Assembly (NCBI GenBank): GCA_048887225.1
Contig: JBHLJY010000001.1
Coordinates: 32,388-96,387 of the forward strand
From: Candidatus Hodarchaeota archaeon
GTDB lineage: Archaea; Asgardarchaeota; Lokiarchaeia; Sigyniarchaeales; SOKP01
Length of the DNA stretch: 64,000 nucleotides
Reading direction: 5' to 3'
In this document: positions 46,189 to 54,376 of the stretch, piece by piece
Layout: each line of letters opens with the position of its first letter
How positions within the stretch are numbered: the stretch's first letter is position 1
Notes under the pieces: model-generated
Told to the model about the DNA's origin: nothing
The model's database searches: none
What the model saw: the letters and a program-made list of their open reading frames with translations, nothing else
Translations under genes and position numbers: made by a program

Positions 46189-47355
46189 TCACTCCAAGAT
46201 TTTTTTGAGGTATTCCGTCAGATCTATTACATCTATATTGATACCTCGCCTCTTACTCGCTTCCTTTAAATTATGCTTACAGAAGGGACAACATGAAATT
46301 AATGTCTGGGCTCCTGTATCTTTTGCTTCTTCAAGCCTTTCAAGACCTGACCAAGTCGCAAAATCTGAATAAGCTGCTTTTACACCTGAACCAGCACCAC
46401 AACACCAAGAAAATTCTTTATTTCTCTCCATTTCGATTAATTTAACTCCAGGAATGTTACTTAGAATCTTACGTGGAGCGTTATAAATGTTCAAGTGCCT
46501 TCCTAAATGACAAGGATCATGATAGGTTATAATTTCATCTATATTTTTAAATTTAAAAGAATCTGTCAACTCAGCTAAAAACTCCACTATATGAAGAGGT
46601 TTAAAGGAGTAGCTTATTCCGAATTTTGGATAATCTTCTTTAAAAGCTCGATAACAACCTGCACACGAAAAAATTACTTTTTCGGCTCCTAAATCCTCTA
46701 TGATTTTTATATTATGTTGCATTAATTTCATTGCGAGATCTCGTTGCCCAGTTCTAAGGAGAGGGCTACCACAACACCACTCATCAAATAATACACTATA
46801 TTTAATATTTAATTTTCTTAAAATACTTGTAACAGATTCAGCAATCTCAGTAGTTCTATATGCTGTTGTACAGCCCACGAAATAGACAAGATTTTCTTTC
46901 TTATTTATTGCACTCTTATCTTTGAGCCATTGAAACCTTTTTTCGTGTGGTTCATGGTATGGATTATTATTTTTTTCAATACTTTCTTTAAATCTAGTGT
47001 GCTCAGGGAGAGGACCGAAGCCGTCTTTAACGATCTTTGTTTTGAGTTCCTCAAAGATCTCCAAAGGCCTTAGCTCTTTAACATAATAACATTGAGCATT
47101 ACAAGCACCACATCCTGTACAAGCGTAGAAAATGTGAAGTAATCTGTCTGTATAGTCTAAATCTCCATCGCAAATCGCCCGTGTGATTTCCATTTTCCCA
47201 GATGCATAATAGGCATCAAAATGAAAACGAGTACCACTTGGACATATGGCTGAATAGCGGGCACTTTTTACCTCAAATGGTAAAACTATCTTACAAATCG
47301 AACATTTACCACAACGAGCGGCTTTGTCTCTATAATCCTGTAGCATATTTTTCAT
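46189..47355 (-). CDS. (Fe-S)-binding subunit, GlcF/HdrD/LutA-like (4Fe-4S dicluster + CCG domains)
   Basis: CGKCSICKIVLP...CPSG, CTGCGACNAQC, and two CCG-type regions (FVGCTTAY...WCCGSPL; HDPCHLGR...SWCCGAGSG...CPFC). Confidence 0.8.
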   Translation of the reverse strand: MKNMLQDYRDKAARCGKCSICKIVLPFEVKSARYSAICPSGTRFHFDAYYASGKMEITRAICDGDLDYTDRLLHIFYACTGCGACNAQCYYVKELRPLEIFEELKTKIVKDGFGPLPEHTRFKESIEKNNNPYHEPHEKRFQWLKDKSAINKKENLVYFVGCTTAYRTTEIAESVTSILRKLNIKYSVLFDEWCCGSPLLRTGQRDLAMKLMQHNIKIIEDLGAEKVIFSCAGCYRAFKEDYPKFGISYSFKPLHIVEFLAELTDSFKFKNIDEIITYHDPCHLGRHLNIYNAPRKILSNIPGVKLIEMERNKEFSWCCGAGSGVKAAYSDFATWSGLERLEEAKDTGAQTLISCCPFCKHNLKEASKRRGINIDVIDLTEYLKKILE

Positions 47356-47364
47356 CTTAAATTC

Positions 47365-48741
47365 TTATATTGATAACTTCTTAGGATTTATTATATTATT
47401 TGGGTCTAATTGATTCTTAATACTTTTCAAAAAACTCTTAAACATCGGGTTTTTAGAGTAAACAATACTATCTATCCGTTTATTGGGCCTATCCACATTT
47501 CCTCCAAGATTCGATATCAATTGATATAAATCAATATAAAGTTTTTCTACCATTTCTTTTTCGTTTGGTTTTGTAGGATCTGCGTATATATAATACTCAA
47601 CGAAACAAGCACGCCCTAATTCTACTGGAGTTATAAAAGTTCCTAATTCTTCAGATGAATAATTATTTTCTCCAAGATAACTAAGTATATTAGAATTGAA
47701 TTCTGATAATCTGTCTAAAGTAGTATAAAATGAAATTTTTCTGCAAATCGTTTTGTATTCAAGAATCCTTGATATTCTCTGGGGGCATAAAAACTCGTTT
47801 AGAAGATCGTCTGCAAAATTTTCCAAACTATCGATCGGAGTTAGACCAAGATCTTTAAAATCTTCTTCTTGATATTTAATCTTTTCTTCAGGTCCTGCTA
47901 AGCATAATAATAAAGTCCATTGTGGTAGTTCATTAACTAGTGATTTAAAGTCGGCTGAATTTTTACTTAACATAGCTGCCAAATTAAAATTTTTTGATAG
48001 TAAGCACTCTTCACCAAGCTCGATCCGTTGGATTTTATATAGAACATCTACAGCATCTTCAATTTTACTAAAAGCAAGAAATAATAATTTTCGAGATTGG
48101 GGCATAGCCTTAATTTTGATAGTTGCTTTTGCTACTATTCCCAAGTTTCCATGTGCCGCTGTAAAGACGCGAGACATATCAGGACCTCCACCAAAAGGCC
48201 AATAAAACGGTTTTTTCATGCTTTTCATAGAGGATGCCCCCGTTTTTAAGATCTCCCCTGTTGGTAAAACAACATCCATCGTTAAAATACACTGCCAACC
48301 ATTTGCTAATAGTGGTTTTGGAGCTGAAAACAACGGAACTCTCTCAATATAACAATTTAAGACTGAAATTGAAGCAGGTAAGCCTAAAGGATTCATGGCC
48401 CTAAATTCATACTTATTTAGCTCTGTTTGGAGTTGTAAAAATGATACGCCAGGTTGGATTGTTATAGCTCTAGATATTTTATCTAAATCTTGAATTTTGT
48501 TCATTCTATAAAAATCTAAAATAACATCATTAGTAATTAAATCATCTATTCCGTGATAATTATCGTCGCAAGTTTTAATATGAATGTTAAATTTTTGCTG
48601 GTTAGCAGCTTGAATTATATTTTGGATGTCCTCTGTGTTTCCTGGTGAAACAATATAAGCTTCGGAATCTTTTTTTACATACGCATTCCCAACAATATCA
48701 ACCAATTTATCTAAAACAATATCACCACTCAAAAAAATCAC
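47365..48741 (-). CDS. FAD-binding oxidoreductase, GlcE-like subunit
   Basis: FAD_binding_4-like N-terminus (IVSPGNTEDIQNIIQAANQQKFNIHIKT, ITIQPGVSFLQL). Sits between the GlcD-like and GlcF-like genes with gaps of 1 and 9 nt. Confidence 0.7.
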   Translation of the reverse strand: MIFLSGDIVLDKLVDIVGNAYVKKDSEAYIVSPGNTEDIQNIIQAANQQKFNIHIKTCDDNYHGIDDLITNDVILDFYRMNKIQDLDKISRAITIQPGVSFLQLQTELNKYEFRAMNPLGLPASISVLNCYIERVPLFSAPKPLLANGWQCILTMDVVLPTGEILKTGASSMKSMKKPFYWPFGGGPDMSRVFTAAHGNLGIVAKATIKIKAMPQSRKLLFLAFSKIEDAVDVLYKIQRIELGEECLLSKNFNLAAMLSKNSADFKSLVNELPQWTLLLCLAGPEEKIKYQEEDFKDLGLTPIDSLENFADDLLNEFLCPQRISRILEYKTICRKISFYTTLDRLSEFNSNILSYLGENNYSSEELGTFITPVELGRACFVEYYIYADPTKPNEKEMVEKLYIDLYQLISNLGGNVDRPNKRIDSIVYSKNPMFKSFLKSIKNQLDPNNIINPKKLSI

Positions 48742-48742
48742 C

Positions 48743-50236
48743 TCATTTTGGAAGATACACTCCTGGGTTCATTATATTGTTCGGATCTATTATCTTTTTA
48801 AACTTTTTCAATATCTTATAGTAAGAACCAAGTTCTGGACCAATAATTTCACCAGCACTGCCACAAACGGTCTCATAATAATTTAATCCCTCTCCATCTA
48901 TCGTAAATGCTCTATTAACCTCTAATAAAATCTTTTCCGCCAGCTTCCTATCGGTAGCTTGACCATGATCGTATATAATGTCCATTTCAATGAAAGCATA
49001 ATGGTAATCATCTATTGGTTGAATGTAATACGTTGTAAGATCCTCGTATCCAAATTTTTTACAAATTTCTTCAAATTTATCGAATATTTTAAATGAGTTT
49101 TCAATATCATGTAAATAGACCGTTATTCCAAATGCTCCTTTAGGTCTCATTATCCTCACTGTAATTGTCATATAATCAGCTTGACGAACTATTCCTGTTT
49201 CTGCGGGTTTAGGATCAATACCCATTTCAGCCCCTCCAAACATCTCAACGATTTCAGCCAAATTTAAATAAGTACCTTTAGTTTCTTCGACTATTTTATT
49301 GAAAACTTGCTCTTCATATTCCACTTGCCTTTTTGTACCCTCAAAAAACGCTAATATCGTGTAAGGAGGCAATAAATTCATTACTTGCGAAGCAGTCTCG
49401 TTATTAAGCGTGAAGAAATGAGCTGCATAAGTTGCGGGCATATGAACATAACCAGATGATGCAATGCCAGTTTTTTGAATTCGATTCAGAGCTTCTAAAA
49501 CTTGATCTGGTTCATTGTACAAAACAATGTAACTATTTCTTATCTCAGGTTTTGGATAAAGTTTAACTTTAGCTTTCGTACATATTCCAAGACCTCCACT
49601 GGCCTCGAGAAATAAGCCCAATAAATCAGGGCCAGGAGAGTTTCCAGTACATCCTGTCTGCCAACCGTTTTGATATACACAGGAGCCTAATTCCAATAAA
49701 TTACCATCTGGTAAAATCCACTCAAGACCAACAATATGATTATCTCCGACACCGTATTTAACAGATGCTATGCTTGTTCCTCTCGTACCAATATAGTTTG
49801 CCATCACAGAGACGCTCCCCGGGGCGCTTGGAACAATAATTTTTAATTCTCTTTTATAGGCTTCTGCTTGTAGCTGAGCCATTAAGACACCCGGTTCTAT
49901 GGTGGCAGTCATGTTTCTCTCATCAATATCAATAATCCTATCCATCCTCTTCAAATCTATTAAAAGCCCACCTTCTGAAGATGGTATACAAAGACCCGCA
50001 ACATTTACTCCAGTGGTTCGTGGAATAACTGGAATCTTAAATTTATTAGCAATTTTAACTACAGCTTGGACATCTTCTGTTGAACCAGGTAAAACGACAA
50101 ATGTTGGATTTTTAGCTGGTTTAGGAGATTGATCTCTTGAATAACAAATAAGAATAGCTGGATCTGAAGAAATATATTCTGATCCTAATGCTTCTGTTAA
50201 TTCTTTAAGAATGGTTTTCTTTTCTGTAGCTAACAT
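48743..50236 (-). CDS. FAD-linked oxidase, GlcD/D-lactate dehydrogenase-like subunit
   Basis: VVLPGSTEDVQAVVKIANKFKIPVIPRTTGVNVAG, ATIEPGVLMAQLQ, and C-terminal IIDPNNIMNPG. Confidence 0.8.
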   Translation of the reverse strand: MLATEKKTILKELTEALGSEYISSDPAILICYSRDQSPKPAKNPTFVVLPGSTEDVQAVVKIANKFKIPVIPRTTGVNVAGLCIPSSEGGLLIDLKRMDRIIDIDERNMTATIEPGVLMAQLQAEAYKRELKIIVPSAPGSVSVMANYIGTRGTSIASVKYGVGDNHIVGLEWILPDGNLLELGSCVYQNGWQTGCTGNSPGPDLLGLFLEASGGLGICTKAKVKLYPKPEIRNSYIVLYNEPDQVLEALNRIQKTGIASSGYVHMPATYAAHFFTLNNETASQVMNLLPPYTILAFFEGTKRQVEYEEQVFNKIVEETKGTYLNLAEIVEMFGGAEMGIDPKPAETGIVRQADYMTITVRIMRPKGAFGITVYLHDIENSFKIFDKFEEICKKFGYEDLTTYYIQPIDDYHYAFIEMDIIYDHGQATDRKLAEKILLEVNRAFTIDGEGLNYYETVCGSAGEIIGPELGSYYKILKKFKKIIDPNNIMNPGVYLPK

Positions 50237-50438
50237 TAAAGATACCTAATAATATAAAATAAATAAAATTTATTATAATAATTATTATAATTAGGGAACT
50301 AAAAAAATAATATTAATTCCTAATTGAATCCTATTAGAAAAGAAAAATTTAATAGAAAAATATAGTTATAGAAATATTCAATATTTACATAACAGATTAT
50401 AAAAAAAATAATCCAATAAAAAGAGAGTTGCTTAAAAT

Positions 50439-51410
50439 ATGAGCAGTGTAAGAAAAAAACTCTGGGAACCCTCGGAAGAATGGATCAAAAACGCAGAAGC
50501 AACCCGTTTTATCGAATTTGTCAATAAAAATTACGGACAAGATTTAAAAGGAGGTAAAGACCTTTATAAATTTTCTGTTGAGAAAATAGAAGATTTTTGG
50601 GACGCAATGTGGAAATTTTCAGATATTATCGTATCCAAACCTTACGATAAAGTTGTTGAAGACTTAAGTGTATATCCAGGTACAAAATGGTTTCCTGGAG
50701 CCAAGTTAAATTTTGCTGAAAACCTCTTGAAGTTTAAGGACGAACAATTGGCTTTTGATTTCCAAGGTGAAACGAAAGTATCTAAACAAATGACATATGC
50801 CGAATTAAATAAGAGAGTTGCACGTATAGCAAAATCCCTCCGTGAAATGGGGATTAAAACTGGAGATAGAGTTGTCTCTTATATTCCGAATTTAATTGAA
50901 ACACCAATAGCTATGCTTGCTGCTACAAGTATAGGCGCAATTTGGGCATCATGTGGTGCTGAACTTCAATCCAGTGCTGTTATCGATAGATTTGGGCAAA
51001 TTGAGCCAAAAGTACTCTTTTCAGTTGATGGGTATTACTATAGGGGTAAGGCTTTTAAAATTAGTAAAAATATCAAGGAAGTAGTCGATGCAATCCCCTC
51101 GATAGAAAAAGTAATTGTTGTTTCGTACATATCCGATGGTAAGCCAGACATTAGTGACATTCCCAAGGCAGTCCATTGGGATGATTTTATTTCTAAGGAG
51201 GAAGATCCACCAATCGAATTCGAACAATTGCCATTCGACCATCCTGTTTATATAATGTTTTCCTCTGGGACAACTGGAAAGCCAAAATGCATGGTCCAAA
51301 GTGCGGGTGGAGTTCTTATTAATCATTTAAAAGAACTAATACTCTCAACAGATTTAAAAAGAAACGATGTAATAAACTATATCACCGCGCCCTCATGGAT
51401 GATGGTATAA
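50439..51410 (+). CDS. Acetoacetyl-CoA synthetase-type acyl-CoA ligase, N-terminal segment (ends at in-frame TAA)
   Basis: LWEPSEEWIKNAEATRFIEFVN..., AMP-binding motif FSSGTTGKPKCMVQS. Ends ...APSWMMV* inside the WMMWNW motif. Confidence 0.8.
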   Translation: MSSVRKKLWEPSEEWIKNAEATRFIEFVNKNYGQDLKGGKDLYKFSVEKIEDFWDAMWKFSDIIVSKPYDKVVEDLSVYPGTKWFPGAKLNFAENLLKFKDEQLAFDFQGETKVSKQMTYAELNKRVARIAKSLREMGIKTGDRVVSYIPNLIETPIAMLAATSIGAIWASCGAELQSSAVIDRFGQIEPKVLFSVDGYYYRGKAFKISKNIKEVVDAIPSIEKVIVVSYISDGKPDISDIPKAVHWDDFISKEEDPPIEFEQLPFDHPVYIMFSSGTTGKPKCMVQSAGGVLINHLKELILSTDLKRNDVINYITAPSWMMV

Positions 51411-51431
51411 GATCACCTTATTCCAGCCAAA

Positions 51432-52457
51432 ATGTGGAACTGGCTTATCAGTGCCTTAGCTGTGGGCGCCACGATATTCTTGTACGAGGGAAATCCGCTA
51501 TATCCAGATCCATTAAGATTTTTTGAATTAATGGAAAAACATAAGATCACGATATTTGGTACAAGCGCAGCTTATATCCACTACTTAATGGGATTGGGAG
51601 TAAAACCAGCTGAAAAGTATGATTTAAGTGCGTTAAGAGAGATTTCACAGACGGCATCAACTCTCTCTCCCGAAGGATTTGAATATGTTTATAGAGAAAT
51701 TAAAAAAGATCTTTACTTCAATTCAATAAGTGGGGGAACAGATATTAATGGATGCTTTGCCGGAGCAATACCAATTCTTCCAGTATATTCTGGTGAATTA
51801 CAAGGTCGTGCGTTAGCTATGAAAGTTGAGTCTTATAATGAAAATGGAGAGCCTATTGAAGATGAACAAGCCGAGCTGGTATGTGAGGCACCCGCTCCCT
51901 CAATGCCTACATATTTCTGGGCTGATGATGATAAGATGACAAAATATAATGCTGCTTATTTTGATTTTTATAAGGATAAAGGCAAAAATGTATGGAGGCA
52001 TGGAGACTACATAGTAATTCATAGCGATACGGGTGGCATTACTTTTTGGGGCAGATCTGATGCGGTTTTGAAACCATCAGGAGTCCGAATTGGAACGGCA
52101 GAAATTTACAATGTGGTTGAGCAACTGCCAGAAATAGCGGATTCGTTAGTGATAGGACAAAAGATCAGTGGTGATATACGAATTGTAATGTTTGTTCTCT
52201 TAAATGAGGGTTATGAATTGGATGATAACTTGAAAGCTAAAATTAAAAAGACACTACGGGAAAAAACCTCTCCAAGACATGTTCCTAAACTCATATTCCA
52301 AGCCCCTCCAGATGGTATACCATATACGTTTAGTAATAAAAAGGTCGAAATAGCAGTAACTAAAATTATTCATGGAATGTCCGTTGCAAACCGAGGGGCG
52401 TTAAGAAATCCAAACTCACTGGATTTCTATGAAGAAATCAAGAATGAGTTAAAATAA
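51432..52457 (+). CDS. Acetoacetyl-CoA synthetase-type acyl-CoA ligase, C-terminal segment (same frame as 50439-51410)
   Basis: Begins [22 protein letters not shown]. Continues with [33 protein letters not shown] and PRHVPK motifs of adenylate-forming enzymes. Confidence 0.8.
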   Translation: [341 protein letters not shown]

Positions 52458-52654
52458 GTATTATTTAATAAATTTTTTTTTTCCTTTTTTACTATATCAT
52501 TTAAAACAGTCTCTTTTTCTTAGAAGACTCTCTTTATAATAAAAATAAAAAAAAAAGATAAGGTTCGATAATAATCGTAAAAATAGATTTTTACTAATTT
52601 TTTATTTACTACTTATTTATTATTATTTTTTTGGATTTATAATGATTCATAATA

Positions 52655-52906
52655 TTAAATGCGAAAACCGCCTCTACCGTATGGGCTAGGAGGGGCTTTT
52701 TCGGTAACGACTACATTACTCGCTTGAGGTCCTTTTTGACCCTCAACAATATCAAACTCTACCTTGTCATTTTCATTAAGAGTTTTATATTCATCATCTC
52801 TGCCACTTAATGCTGTGTAATGGACAAATACATCAGTCCCCTCATTAGAACTTATAAATCCATAACCTTTTCGGCTATTAAACCATTTAACTGTTCCTTT
52901 TACCAA
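52655..52906 (-). CDS. Cold-shock domain protein (CspA family) with short RGG-containing C-terminal tail
   Basis: [17 protein letters not shown] (RNP1) and DVFVHYTAL (RNP2). Tail [15 protein letters not shown]. No in-frame ATG; TTG at 52906 gives the classical [10 protein letters not shown], and the listed ORF uses TTG 52918. Confidence 0.8.
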   Translation of the reverse strand: MVKGTVKWFNSRKGYGFISSNEGTDVFVHYTALSGRDDEYKTLNENDKVEFDIVEGQKGPQASNVVVTEKAPPSPYGRGGFRI

Positions 52907-52944
52907 TTTTAAAACCAATTTTTAAATTTTTAAAAAATGCTATT

Positions 52945-52957
52945 GTTCTAATAGAAC
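52945..52957. promoter_or_regulatory. Perfect 6-1-6 inverted repeat upstream of csp
   Basis: gttcta a tagaac, 27-51 nt upstream of the candidate TTG starts. Could be an operator or a 5'-UTR hairpin. Confidence 0.3.
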
Positions 52958-53105
52958 TAATTAATAAAAAAATCTAAAGATAATAAACTTATTACTTTTT
53001 TGAGAAAAAACTAAGGAAGATCTATAATTATTTTTTTATTCTTATATTTATATCATTGTATTATTAGAGAAAATTCAAAATTAGGTGAACTTTAAATTGG
53101 CAAAA

Positions 53106-54350
53106 ATGACTTCACGAGAAAGAATTAATGCTGCTATAAGCCATAAGGAACCAGATATGGTCCCCATTGACCTTGGCTCAACAGAAGCAACGGGAATATC
53201 GGCAATCGCTTATCATAATTTAAAAAAGCTCTTAGGGATGAGAAGTGGACAAACCCGTATATACGATATTTCTCAACAACTTGCTCAACCTGAAGATGAA
53301 ATTCTTGACCGTTTTAAAGTTGATACCGTTCATTTAGGACGATTCTTTAACGATAGCGAGGATGATTGGTATGATATCGAAGTAAATGGTATTCCTGCAC
53401 AGTTTCCTTCATGGTTTTCACCCAGACACAATGAAGATGGCTCGATGGAGGTAGTTCATCCTGATGGAACGGTTTTAGCAAGAATGTCAGAGGCAGCATT
53501 AGTATTTGATCAAACATTTTGGCCTTTTTATGATAAATATCCAGAGAATATAAGCGGATTTTTGCAAGCATTAACTAAATATCAAGGATTTGCATTAGTT
53601 AAAACTCCTTTTGATAAATTAAATCAAAAAGGTTTTTGGCGAAAGTTAAGAAAAGAAACAATTGAGTATAAGAAAACAACAGATAGGGCTCTTGTTTTAC
53701 ATATGGGATTAAGTCTTTTTGAATTTGGGACTGGTATGCGACGAATGGATAAATTCTTAATTGATATAATTCGACGCCCAAATAAGGTTGAGAAATTTTT
53801 AGATATCGTATTAGAGTTTAATTTTGCTGCACTTTCGTTAGTTTGTAAATATCTTGGAGATCTTGTTGATGTTATTGGTATAGGTGACGATCTTGGTGAA
53901 AATAAAGGCCCTTTTATGAATCCAAGAGCATATCGCGAGATCTTTAAGCCACGTCATGAAAGTATGTGTAATTTCATTAAAAATCATTCTAATATGAAAA
54001 TCTTTATGCACAGCTGTGGATCTATTGTTCCTTTTATTTACGATTTCATTGAAATTGGAATTGATATATTAAATCCGGTCCAGATTAACGCGAAAGGGAT
54101 GGAACCTAAGTTTTTAAAAGAGGAATTTGGAGATGATATCACATTTTGGGGTGGTGGAGCCGATACGAGAAATGTAATTACCCGAAAATCTCCTGAGGAA
54201 GTTAAAAAGCATGTTACAGAATTACTCGAAATATTTGCTCCTGGTGGAGGTTATATTTGGAATACTGTTCATAATATCCTACCAGATGTTCCCCCTGAAA
54301 ATATTGTGGCAATGTTTGAAGCACTTCATGAATATAATGAAAAGATATAA
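53106..54350 (+). CDS. Uroporphyrinogen decarboxylase (URO-D) family protein (MtaA/CmuA-like methyltransferase or decarboxylase)
   Basis: MTSRERINAAISHKEPDMVPID N-terminus and C-terminal HSCGSIVPFIYDFIEIGIDILNPVQ are typical of the URO-D superfamily. ATG at 53106. Confidence 0.75.
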   Translation: MTSRERINAAISHKEPDMVPIDLGSTEATGISAIAYHNLKKLLGMRSGQTRIYDISQQLAQPEDEILDRFKVDTVHLGRFFNDSEDDWYDIEVNGIPAQFPSWFSPRHNEDGSMEVVHPDGTVLARMSEAALVFDQTFWPFYDKYPENISGFLQALTKYQGFALVKTPFDKLNQKGFWRKLRKETIEYKKTTDRALVLHMGLSLFEFGTGMRRMDKFLIDIIRRPNKVEKFLDIVLEFNFAALSLVCKYLGDLVDVIGIGDDLGENKGPFMNPRAYREIFKPRHESMCNFIKNHSNMKIFMHSCGSIVPFIYDFIEIGIDILNPVQINAKGMEPKFLKEEFGDDITFWGGGADTRNVITRKSPEEVKKHVTELLEIFAPGGGYIWNTVHNILPDVPPENIVAMFEALHEYNEKI

Positions 54351-54376
54351 TTAATTTTTGGAAAATTAGCAACTTC

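Noticed and set aside
51405-51426. Spliceosomal-looking mini-intron (GTATAAG...polypyrimidine...CAG) or archaeal bulge-helix-bulge intron in the acetoacetyl-CoA synthetase insert
   Set aside because: The GT...AG segment is 22 nt, so removing it breaks the frame and does not restore WMMWNW. I could not build the 3-nt bulge / 4-bp helix / 3-nt bulge geometry around the 30-nt insert boundaries. The resemblance of gatcacc to the 3' end of 16S rRNA is same-sense, not complementary, so it is not a Shine-Dalgarno site.
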